This document shows positions 34,865-43,319 of a stretch of 64,000 nucleotides of DNA, piece by piece. Where the stretch lies: the NCBI GenBank assembly GCA_035477775.1, contig DATIKH010000133.1, positions 49,673-113,672 on the forward strand, in the 5' to 3' direction. The stretch comes from Bacteroidales bacterium (GTDB lineage: Bacteria; Bacteroidota; Bacteroidia; Bacteroidales; UBA7960). Made by a program: the position numbers and the translations under genes. The stretch's first letter is position 1; each line of letters begins with the position of its first letter. The notes beneath the pieces are model-generated. The model did no database searches. It had not been told where the DNA came from and was given only the letters and a program-made list of their open reading frames with translations.

Positions 34865-35806
34865 TTACATGCCTTTCACATTCTTTTTAATTTGATTGGT
34901 GGCAACAAAATCTTCAACCAGTTTATCGAGCACGCCATTTATAAACTGATTGCTTTTGGGAGTGCTGTACATTTTCGACAACTCGATATATTCATTTAGA
35001 CTTACCTTGACCGGAATATGATCGAATTTTAATATTTCGGTTAAAGCCATTTTCATGATGATGACATCCATCAGTGCAATACGGTCGATTTCCCAATTTT
35101 TTGTTTTGGCCGAAATGGCTTCGTCCATTTCCTTCTGGTTCAGAATGGTTCGTGCAAAAAGCTCCCTTGCAAACACTTTGTCTTCCGGGTCTTTGTACAA
35201 TTCCATGAGGACCAGGCCATGATCTGGGGCATCGGATTCAATGCCTTTTATGGTTTTGACCATCATCATATTCACCAACTCCCAATCATCTATCCAATAA
35301 ATTGAATTTTCTTCGTAAAAAGAATGCAACAATTCAAAATGAAAGAGGTCTTTTTTGATCAGCTTTACAATAAATTCGCGATCATCGTCGAACCCAACCG
35401 ATTCTTTTTCCAGGTATGCTTTGTAGTAAGGCTGTTGTTTCAGATGGCTCAGAAGTTTTCGGACAATATCCTGATGTTTACCCCAGGAAACGTTTCGGCG
35501 CTTACACAACGACTCCAATTCCTTACTTTCAGAAATCAGGCCCAAGACCTTGTTTTCGAGCAAGCGCTTGTTTGGGTTTAAGTCCTCGGAGGTTGGAATG
35601 TATTTGTTTCGGTTATCTTCTATGGTTCTTGCTTCCTGATGGTGGAGCTCAGCAAGCAATAAAAATTGAAAAAGGTATAGGTCGTGAATTTTTTCAATAC
35701 CATGAAAAAGTTCTTTTTCCCCGGACGACAGATCGGTGTTTCCCGACTGGAAAAAGGCATAAAGGCTTTGGAGCACTTTTACGCGCAAATGCCTTCTGTT
35801 TAGCAT
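34865..35806 (-). CDS. nusB: Transcription antitermination factor NusB (long Bacteroidota form)
   Basis: MLNRRHLRVKVLQSLYAFF at the N-terminus. C-terminal NusB core: DRIALMDVIIMKMALTEIL ... PVKVSLNEYIELSKMYSTPKSNQFINGVLD. Confidence 0.85.
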   Translation of the reverse strand: MLNRRHLRVKVLQSLYAFFQSGNTDLSSGEKELFHGIEKIHDLYLFQFLLLAELHHQEARTIEDNRNKYIPTSEDLNPNKRLLENKVLGLISESKELESLCKRRNVSWGKHQDIVRKLLSHLKQQPYYKAYLEKESVGFDDDREFIVKLIKKDLFHFELLHSFYEENSIYWIDDWELVNMMMVKTIKGIESDAPDHGLVLMELYKDPEDKVFARELFARTILNQKEMDEAISAKTKNWEIDRIALMDVIIMKMALTEILKFDHIPVKVSLNEYIELSKMYSTPKSNQFINGVLDKLVEDFVATNQIKKNVKGM

Positions 35807-36058
35807 ATAAAAATTTTTACAAGGAACTTATTCGGATTCCACTTGGAAAAACTCCCAATGTACGGAAACCCTGCAAAATTAATGGAATTTTAAAAGCAGA
35901 CAACAAGAATATAATATGAATATATTTAACATTTTTTTTAATGTTTTATAACGTAATTTGTAAAACTCTTACACGAAGCAATTCTTGGATGAAATGACAA
36001 GTAAGGTTTGAATTCGAAATGAGTTTCAGGAAAGCTAAATTTACTATAAGGCATATTT

Positions 36059-36086
36059 TTTGCGGAGAAACTTTCCGGTAAATTTG
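36059..36086 (+). promoter_or_regulatory. Candidate promoter for the DUF3276 gene (TTTG-N16-TAAATTTG)
   Basis: TAAATTTG at 36079..36086 matches TAnnTTTG and ends 34 nt before the ATG at 36121. TTTG lies at 36059..36062. The same octamer also occurs at 36569..36576 (upstream of parA) and 41684..41691 (upstream of the decarboxylase gene). Confidence 0.3.
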
Positions 36087-36120
36087 CTTTGCTTTGTTAA
36101 GGAAAAAAACCAAACAACCA

Positions 36121-36435
36121 ATGGAAAATTTTGAAAGGACGAAGAACCGCGAAGATTTGTTTTCCAAAACTGTCAGGGCAGGAAAAAGGACCTACTTTTT
36201 TGATGTTAAAGCCACGCGTCAGAACGAATACTATCTGAACATTACCGAGAGCAAGAAGTTGTTCAATCAGGAGACAGGAAAATTCTCCTTCGAGAAGCAC
36301 AAAATTTTTCTTTACCGGGAAGATTTCGAGAAATTTCAAGTAGCTCTTCAGGAAGCTGTACAGGCGATAATTTCGGGGAATGTATTTGCAGAAGATCATA
36401 CTGGTTTGGAAGGTGAACAAACCACAGATCAGTAA
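36121..36435 (+). CDS. DUF3276 / PUR-alpha-like nucleic-acid-binding protein
   Basis: FSKTVRAGKRTYFFDVKATRQNEYYLNITESKK ... KHKIFLYREDFEKF. Start at ATG 36121; the track uses an upstream TTG. Confidence 0.7.
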   Translation: MENFERTKNREDLFSKTVRAGKRTYFFDVKATRQNEYYLNITESKKLFNQETGKFSFEKHKIFLYREDFEKFQVALQEAVQAIISGNVFAEDHTGLEGEQTTDQ

Positions 36436-36740
36436 TTTATTTTTGCCCACCTGATTTTGTTTCCCGGTTTAAACAACAGCAATAAGAGATAACTCCTTGC
36501 TATAAAAGCTCTTTAGAAGATAGTTTCATTTTTTTTTCACAAAACAAGTAGCAGGCACTCTAAAATTGTAAATTTGCACTTGACAAATTACACAGAGATA
36601 TTCAACATACAAGAAAACATCCGATGTTTTTTGAACGGTTTTTTTTTTAACCTGCTAATAACATTTAAATAAAGTAAGCACCCCTTTGGTTTCGGCTGGC
36701 TTGCACCCGGTATGAAACCTTGATTTTTTTAAAAAAGTAT

Positions 36741-37538
36741 ATGAGTAAAGTTATCGCAATAGCCAATCAGAAAGGCGGGGTTGGCAAAACTACAACAGCC
36801 ATAAACCTTGCAGCCAGTCTGGCAGTACTTGAACACAAAACCCTGCTGATTGATGCCGACCCGCAGGCCAATGCAACCTCGGGCGTAGGTATTGATCCCA
36901 AGTTGGTTAAAACAAGTATCTATGAGTGCATCATTGACGGGGTTGACCCCAATAATATTTTACTAAAAACGGCCACTCCCAATCTGGATCTGATTCCGGC
37001 CCATATCGACCTGGTAGGAGCCGAAATTGAGATGATCAATATGCCCAACAGGGAAACAATGATGCGCAAAGCCATTGAAAAGATTAGGTACGAATATGAA
37101 TTTGTGATAATCGATTGCTCGCCCTCTTTGGGCCTCATCACTGTAAATGCCCTTACAGCGGCCGATTCGGTATTGGTTCCTGTGCAATGCGAATATTTTG
37201 CCCTTGAAGGGTTGGGTAAGCTCCTGAACACGATAAAAATAGTTCAATCGAGACTAAATACCCAACTGGAAATTGAAGGCATCCTGCTGACTATGTACGA
37301 CAACAGGTTAAGGCTATCGAATCAGGTAGTTGAGGAGGTGCGTACCCATTTCCAGGATTTGGTTTTTGAAACCATAGTTCAACGCAATACCAAGCTGGGT
37401 GAAGCCCCAAGTTTTGGCGAAACCATTATTATGCACGATGCCGAAAGCAAAGGAGCAATCAATTATCTTAATCTTGCACGGGAAATTCTTCAAAAAAACG
37501 AATTAACCCGAATTCCACAATCTGAGAAAAATCTTTAG
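36741..37538 (+). CDS. parA: Chromosome partitioning ATPase ParA/Soj
   Basis: MSKVIAIANQKGGVGKTTTAINLAASLA (deviant Walker A) ... LLIDADPQANAT ... VIIDCSPSLG. Confidence 0.93.
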   Translation: MSKVIAIANQKGGVGKTTTAINLAASLAVLEHKTLLIDADPQANATSGVGIDPKLVKTSIYECIIDGVDPNNILLKTATPNLDLIPAHIDLVGAEIEMINMPNRETMMRKAIEKIRYEYEFVIIDCSPSLGLITVNALTAADSVLVPVQCEYFALEGLGKLLNTIKIVQSRLNTQLEIEGILLTMYDNRLRLSNQVVEEVRTHFQDLVFETIVQRNTKLGEAPSFGETIIMHDAESKGAINYLNLAREILQKNELTRIPQSEKNL

Positions 37539-37546
37539 GACAAATA

Positions 37547-38455
37547 ATGAACGCAAAGAAAAGAGCTTTGGGCAAAGGATTGAGCGCCCTCCTGGAGCAT
37601 GGTGATCTCGAACCAGCAGCAATCTATGATGCTGAAAGGGAACTTTTGGCGGCCGGTACCATAGGCAAAATATCCCTTGACAAAATTGTAAGCAATCCTT
37701 TTCAGCCAAGAGCTGATTTCGATGAAGAAGCTTTGCAGGAACTAGCTTCTTCCATAAAGGAACAAGGTGTGATACAGCCCGTTACAGTCAGGAAGGGCGA
37801 TGACGGATTCTTTCAACTTATTTCGGGCGAACGTCGCTGCAAGGCTTCACGGATGGCCGGTTTAACTGAAATTCCGGCTTACATTGTTTCGGCAAGCGAA
37901 AATGCCATGCTCGAAATGGCCATAGTTGAAAACATTCAACGTGAGAACCTCAATCCTATTGAGATAGGTCTTGCCTACAAGCAATTAATTCAGGGTTACC
38001 AACTCACACAGGAAATGCTGAGCGAACGCCTTGGAAAGAGCCGCTCATCCATTGCCAACCACCTCAGGCTGCTTACCCTGCCGGGCGAAATCCAGATTGG
38101 ACTGCGCCAGGATCATATCAGCATGGGGCATGCACGAGCCCTGGTTTCCATCGATAATATCCAGACCCAACTCGACATATACAACGATATTCTGGCTCAG
38201 GGGCTATCGGTTCGGGAAGTTGAAGAAATTGTTAAAAACCTGTCGGAGCAAAAAACTGAAGAACCAAGTGCGGGCGCTAAGAAGACAAACGCTACACCAC
38301 ATATTGCCAAATTCCAATCGCTGCAAAAGCAACTATCCGAGTACTATGGTTCCAAGGTTCAGATAAAAAGCAAAACAGAAGGAAAAGGGGCCATAGTCAT
38401 TAATTTTTCTTCGGAGCAAGATTTGGAGCGGATCATTGGCTTGATTCATTCCTGA
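37547..38455 (+). CDS. parB: Chromosome partitioning protein ParB/Spo0J
   Basis: NPFQPR ... GVIQPVTVRK ... LISGERRCKASRMAGLTEIPAYI ... ENIQRENLNPIE ... HTH region LTQEMLSERLGKSRSSIANHLRLL. Confidence 0.93.
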   Translation: MNAKKRALGKGLSALLEHGDLEPAAIYDAERELLAAGTIGKISLDKIVSNPFQPRADFDEEALQELASSIKEQGVIQPVTVRKGDDGFFQLISGERRCKASRMAGLTEIPAYIVSASENAMLEMAIVENIQRENLNPIEIGLAYKQLIQGYQLTQEMLSERLGKSRSSIANHLRLLTLPGEIQIGLRQDHISMGHARALVSIDNIQTQLDIYNDILAQGLSVREVEEIVKNLSEQKTEEPSAGAKKTNATPHIAKFQSLQKQLSEYYGSKVQIKSKTEGKGAIVINFSSEQDLERIIGLIHS

Positions 38456-38474
38456 CACAAACTTTGACTTAATT

Positions 38475-39125
38475 GTGGCCAATAAAGCAACCCACGACTC
38501 TCGCCCAAACGGGCCGGCAGGCAGGAAAATTTCGAAGGTGTTGGTCCTTTTTCTGTTGCTTGGCTTACCTGGATTTGTTTCACATGCACAACCAAATGCA
38601 CAGGGTCCCGGCACGGCTGATTCATCTGTCGTAGAAAGTACAGATAATCAGGAGCAACTGCCTTTTATGCCGATACCGGGGCGTGCAGCCATGCTTTCGG
38701 CTGCTTTGCCAGGGTTAGGTCAGGCCTACAACAGAGCTTACTGGAAAATTCCCATCATTTATGCAGGTTTTGCCGGTGTGGCGTATGCGGTGCATTTCAA
38801 CAGCAACCACTACCGGACCTGGCGAAGTGCCTTTATAGCAAAGGTTGATGGAAATCCAAACACCATCGACCTGTATCCTACCTTTAGCGATGCCGCCCTG
38901 AGAAGAGTTATGGAGTTTTACCGGCGCAACCTTGAGCTGAGCTATATTGCCGGAGTGGCACTATATTTGCTTAATATTCTCGATGCCAATGTACAGGCGC
39001 ACCTTATGGATTTTGATGTAGGCGAGGATTTGACCATGCGGCTGGGCCCATCGATGGCGCCTCTGACCTTGCCTGGTGTGCACCCTATTCCTACTGCAGG
39101 GCTAAAATTAACATTCAGGTTTTGA
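38475..39125 (+). CDS. DUF5683 domain-containing protein
   Basis: PGRAAMLSAALPGLGQAYNRAYWKIPIIYAGFAGVAYAV. Its position between parB and dapB is typical of Bacteroidota. The only start that includes the hydrophobic N-terminus is a non-ATG codon: GTG 38475, or a GTG a few codons before LVLFLLLG. Confidence 0.6.
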   Translation: MANKATHDSRPNGPAGRKISKVLVLFLLLGLPGFVSHAQPNAQGPGTADSSVVESTDNQEQLPFMPIPGRAAMLSAALPGLGQAYNRAYWKIPIIYAGFAGVAYAVHFNSNHYRTWRSAFIAKVDGNPNTIDLYPTFSDAALRRVMEFYRRNLELSYIAGVALYLLNILDANVQAHLMDFDVGEDLTMRLGPSMAPLTLPGVHPIPTAGLKLTFRF

Positions 39126-39853
39126 TTATGAACAGGTTGCCAAAAATTGCCATTATTGGTTACGGTAAAATGGGCCGCGAAATTGAGAAAGCTGCCCTTG
39201 CAAAAGGTCATCAGGTGGTTTGTATAGTAGATCAGGAAAAGGATTGGAGCCGGTTTCCCGGCCAGGCAGAGGTAGCTGTTGAGTTTTCGGTTCCCGAAGC
39301 TGCATTTGGAAACATCAGGCGCTGCTTCGACGCCAATATTCCCGTTGTTTGCGGTACAACCGGATGGTACAAAAACCTGAACCATGCCGAAACATTATGC
39401 ATTGCGAAAGGTCAGACTCTTTTTTATGCTCCCAATTTTAGCCTGGGTATGAATATTTTTTTCGAAGTGAACAGGTATCTGGCCTCCCTGATCAGTTCAT
39501 TTGAAGGTTACAAACCTTCGATATCCGAAACGCATCATACCCAAAAGATCGACTCGCCAAGCGGTACAGCCATCTATCTGGCCAACCAGCTAATTGAACA
39601 ACACATCGGGTTTACCGGATGGAAACTTCAGAGCGAAGATACACACAGGGAAGGTTCAATTCCAATCGAGGCTTTGCGTATTGAAGGAGTTCCCGGCACC
39701 CATGTGGTACATTGGACAGGGCAGAACGATACGCTGGAAATTATGCATAAAGCACACAGCCGGAGCGGCTTTGCTCAAGGAGCCCTCCTGGCGGCTACGT
39801 GGGTATGGCAGAAAAAAGGCGTTTTCACCATGAAAGATTTGTTAAACCTCTAA
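39122..39853 (+). CDS. dapB: 4-hydroxy-tetrahydrodipicolinate reductase
   Basis: KIAIIGYGKMGREI (NAD(P) fold) and ISETHHTQKIDSPSGTA (E-x-HH-x-K-D-x-PSGTA signature). Confidence 0.92.
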   Translation: MIMNRLPKIAIIGYGKMGREIEKAALAKGHQVVCIVDQEKDWSRFPGQAEVAVEFSVPEAAFGNIRRCFDANIPVVCGTTGWYKNLNHAETLCIAKGQTLFYAPNFSLGMNIFFEVNRYLASLISSFEGYKPSISETHHTQKIDSPSGTAIYLANQLIEQHIGFTGWKLQSEDTHREGSIPIEALRIEGVPGTHVVHWTGQNDTLEIMHKAHSRSGFAQGALLAATWVWQKKGVFTMKDLLNL

Positions 39854-39866
39854 AATCACCTATGTC

Positions 39867-41360
39867 ATGAGCATATACATGATTTTGACCATTTTGTTTA
39901 TTGTCGCATCAGTAGCCGGTCTCTGGAAGATTTTTGCGAAAGCTGGCAGGCCGGGATGGTTGGCGCTTATTCCCTTTCTGAATATTTACCATTGGCTCCG
40001 CATCATTGAAAAACCCCTCTGGTGGTTTATATTCGTTTTGGTGCCGTTTATCAATGTGTTTACACTTCTGCTCATGGTGGTTGAAACCCTGAAGTGCTTC
40101 AAAAAAAATAGTTTCGGACAGACAACGCTCGGTATTCTTTTTCCTTTTGCCTATCTGCCTTATTTAGGCTTTTCGCCCAAGGAAGATTACGTAAGTCCCT
40201 CCAAGCTCCCGGTGATAATTAAGTCGGGATTGAGGGAATGGGCCGATGCAATAGTCTTTGCAGTGGTTGCGGCAACCTTTCTTCGCACCTTTATGATTGA
40301 GGCCTACACCATCCCCACACCTTCGATGGAAGGCTCTTTGCTGGTTGGCGATTATTTATTTGTGAGTAAAGTAAGCTATGGGCCAAGGGTTCCCATGACT
40401 CCGGTTGCGTTTCCTTTTGCCCACCATACCCTGCCTTTGACACAAAATGTAAAAGCCTATTTTGATGGGATACAACTCCCGTATTTTCGCTTCCCGGGAT
40501 TTCGTTCCATCAGAAACAACGATGTGGTCGTTTTCAATTATCCCGATGGCGACACAGTTGCAGTTCAGCGGCAAAACGAAAGTTATTATGCTCTTGTTCG
40601 CACCCTGGGAAGAGAACATGTATGGGAAAATTACGACATTATTGCCCGGCCGGTCGATAAGCGCGAAAACTATATAAAAAGATGCGTTGGGATTCCGGGC
40701 GACACGTTGCAAATGATCAATGGAGAAATCTTTATTAATGGCGCACTTCTGGAAGACCCGCCCGGGGTAAGGCACAACTATAGGGTTACCACCGACGGTA
40801 ACCCTTTGAGCCCACGCATATTCGAACGCCACGAAATTTCAAACTGGGGAAGAGCGTCGGAGGATATTTACTTTATTGAAATGAACAGAGCTGTTGCTGG
40901 GGAAATAAGCAATCTTGGAAATGTAGTTTCGATCGAAAAAATGATCAAACCCGAAGGGTGGTTCGAACCACATATTTTCCCACACCACATGAATTTTCCA
41001 TGGAACGAAGACAACTATGGCCCCATAGTAATCCCAAAAGCAGGCGCTACCATTGAATTAACCACAGCAAACCTCCCGCTCTACGAACGCATCATTAATG
41101 TATATGAAGGAAATGACCTCGAGGTTAGAAACGGACAGATTTACATCAACGGACAACCATCGACCAGCTACACGTTTCGGATGAACCACTTCTGGATGAT
41201 TGGTGACAATCGCCACAATTCGGCTGATTCGCGTTTTTGGGGCTTCGTACCCGAAGATCATATAGTTGGTCGCGCCATGTTCGTTTGGTTATCGTTAGAC
41301 AATACAAAGCCATTGCCTGGTAGAATTCGCTTCGACAAGACGTTCAGGGTAATTAGATAA
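39867..41360 (+). CDS. lepB: Signal peptidase I with an N-terminal DUF5684-like membrane module
   Basis: Catalytic boxes IPTPSMEGSLLVGDYLFVSK (Ser) ... YIKRCVGIPGD (Lys) ... GDNRHNSADSRFWGFVPEDHIVGRAMF. The first ~110 aa read LWKIFAKAGRPGWLALIPFLNIYHWLRIIEKPLWWFIFVLVPFINV. Confidence 0.9.
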   Translation: MSIYMILTILFIVASVAGLWKIFAKAGRPGWLALIPFLNIYHWLRIIEKPLWWFIFVLVPFINVFTLLLMVVETLKCFKKNSFGQTTLGILFPFAYLPYLGFSPKEDYVSPSKLPVIIKSGLREWADAIVFAVVAATFLRTFMIEAYTIPTPSMEGSLLVGDYLFVSKVSYGPRVPMTPVAFPFAHHTLPLTQNVKAYFDGIQLPYFRFPGFRSIRNNDVVVFNYPDGDTVAVQRQNESYYALVRTLGREHVWENYDIIARPVDKRENYIKRCVGIPGDTLQMINGEIFINGALLEDPPGVRHNYRVTTDGNPLSPRIFERHEISNWGRASEDIYFIEMNRAVAGEISNLGNVVSIEKMIKPEGWFEPHIFPHHMNFPWNEDNYGPIVIPKAGATIELTTANLPLYERIINVYEGNDLEVRNGQIYINGQPSTSYTFRMNHFWMIGDNRHNSADSRFWGFVPEDHIVGRAMFVWLSLDNTKPLPGRIRFDKTFRVIR

Positions 41361-41419
41361 TACAACCGTCAATGATTCTATAAGGCCAAAAAGCCAGAAC
41401 AGAAGCATTTTTAATAAAT

Positions 41420-41460
41420 AAGAAACCGGAAAATCGCAAGGTTTTCCGGTTTCTTATTTC
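41420..41460 (+). terminator. Rho-independent terminator after lepB
   Basis: 14-bp perfect stem aagaaaccggaaaa (41420..41433) / ttttccggtttctt (41442..41455) with an 8-nt loop, followed by atttc. Confidence 0.8.
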
Positions 41461-41787
41461 TGGTTGGATTTCGTTTTTAGGTTAAAGTCGCATGATCATC
41501 ACCACCTTTTCCGCAAGTTAAGATTGCCGCGAATGATCTTTTTTACATCCCACACAATAACAGTTTGTTTCATCAAGTTTCAATTAGCAAATACCGGACT
41601 GATAGAAATATTCCGTGGTGTGTTTCTTTAGCAGGCACAAGAAAAGATTGTATTTGCTTTAAAAATCGAAAGTTCAATTTTATTAAATTTGCTAACTTTT
41701 TGCAAAAGTAAATCATCTGCCTTGGTTTTTTTTTTTGAATGTAACTCTCTTACTTTTTCTGATTAATCCATTATCCGGTTTTAGAAA

Positions 41788-43185
41788 ATGAAAAACAAGT
41801 ACATCGACCTGATTGAGCAAACATTTGAGTTTCCGCAGGAAGAGTTCAAAGTAATTGATAATGAACTGTATTTTCACGACATCAGCCTGATGGACATCAT
41901 CAAGCAATATGGTACACCACTGAAAATCAGTTATCTTCCGAAGATTAGTCAGCAGATACAGAAGGCGAAGCGGATGTTTAATGTTGCCATGGCCAGGGTA
42001 GATTATAAAGGAGGATACCATTATTGTTACTGTACCAAAAGTTCTCATTTCAGTTTTGTTTTGGAAGAGGCGTTGAAAAACGACATACATATCGAGACTT
42101 CCTCAGCCTTTGATATATATATTGTTGAGGAATTATACAATTTGGGTTTGATTGATAAGGCAAGATATGTGGTTTGTAATGGATTTAAAAGGCCGCTTTA
42201 TACCCAGAAAATAAGTGAGTTAATCAATAATGGTTTTGTAAATACCATACCGGTTCTCGACAATAAGAATGAAATAAAAGCTTATCACGAGCTCATAGAA
42301 AAGGACAAATCTGTAAAGTTGGGTATTCGCATTGCAGCCGAAGAGGAACCCATGTTCGAATTTTACACCTCCCGACTAGGCATCAGATACAATGATATCG
42401 TGCCCTATTACAAGGAAAATATTGAAAACGACCCGCGTTTCACGCTCAAAATGTTGCACTTTTTTATCAACACCGGCATTAAAGACAACGCCTATTATTG
42501 GAACGAGCTTTCGAAATGCGTGAACGTATATTGTGAATTAAAAAAGATTTGCCCTGATCTTGACAGTTTGAATATTGGCGGGGGCTTTCCGATAAAAAAC
42601 TCCCTGGGATTTGATTACGACTATGAATATATGACCGAGGAAATCGTTGCCCAGATTAAAAACATCTGCAATCAGAATGGGGTTAAAGAGCCGGATTTAT
42701 TCACTGAATTCGGAGCCTTTACGGTTGGCGAAAGTGGTGCTGTACTTTATTCAATTCTTGACCAGAAGCAGCAAAATGACCGGGAGCACTGGAATATGAT
42801 CGACAGCAGCTTTATGACTACCTTGCCCGACATTTGGGCAGCCAAACAACGGTTCATTTTGCTGGCCATCAACAACTGGGATAGCGAGTACCAGCGTGTA
42901 AACCTTGGTGGCCTAACTTGCGACAGTCAGGATTATTATAATGCCGAAACCCATGCCAATGCTATCTTTCTTCCTAAAATAAACGAAGAAACAACGCAAT
43001 ACATCGGAATGTTTCATACAGGGGCATACCAGGAAAGCCTCGGCGGTTTCGGAGGGATTCAGCATTGTCTCATGCCAGCTCCCAAATTGGTAATTATAGA
43101 TAAGGATGATGAAGGTGAAATTATCACCAAATTGTTCGCAAAGGAGCAGAGCTACAAGTCTATGCTGAAAACTCTTGGATTTTAG
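41788..43185 (+). CDS. Type III (alanine-racemase-fold) PLP-dependent decarboxylase, arginine decarboxylase-like
   Basis: N-terminus MKNKYIDLIEQTFEFPQEEFKV...YGTPLKISYLP, CYCTKS, and the late GGLTCDSQD ... motif resemble the ~465-aa Bacteroidota arginine decarboxylases I remember. The substrate is inferred. Confidence 0.7.
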   Translation: MKNKYIDLIEQTFEFPQEEFKVIDNELYFHDISLMDIIKQYGTPLKISYLPKISQQIQKAKRMFNVAMARVDYKGGYHYCYCTKSSHFSFVLEEALKNDIHIETSSAFDIYIVEELYNLGLIDKARYVVCNGFKRPLYTQKISELINNGFVNTIPVLDNKNEIKAYHELIEKDKSVKLGIRIAAEEEPMFEFYTSRLGIRYNDIVPYYKENIENDPRFTLKMLHFFINTGIKDNAYYWNELSKCVNVYCELKKICPDLDSLNIGGGFPIKNSLGFDYDYEYMTEEIVAQIKNICNQNGVKEPDLFTEFGAFTVGESGAVLYSILDQKQQNDREHWNMIDSSFMTTLPDIWAAKQRFILLAINNWDSEYQRVNLGGLTCDSQDYYNAETHANAIFLPKINEETTQYIGMFHTGAYQESLGGFGGIQHCLMPAPKLVIIDKDDEGEIITKLFAKEQSYKSMLKTLGF

Positions 43186-43319
43186 ATTAAACTGTATCTC
43201 CGGTTCATGCTCACAAAGGCGTATTTAACTACTGCCGGGGCAAATTTAAAACCCGGTATCAAAAAGTATGAACAATAGTTTTTATAATTTTGGGAATTGT
43301 TAATATAAGCGGTAACCGG

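Noticed and set aside
41461-41787. 327-nt leader upstream of the PLP decarboxylase gene, examined for a riboswitch or attenuator (gatcat...atgatc stem followed by T6 at about 41493..41543; T11 run at 41736..41746)
   Set aside because: The pairings are short and AT-rich. I recognise no known riboswitch core. It could be a second weak terminator after lepB. The evidence is insufficient without covariation data.
41713-42090. 125-aa minus-strand ORF spanning the start of the decarboxylase gene; likewise 22839..23153 across slyD and 38942..39385 across the start of dapB
   Set aside because: These are antisense to, or overlap, confidently assigned genes. They have no motifs and are AT-rich leader-derived translations.
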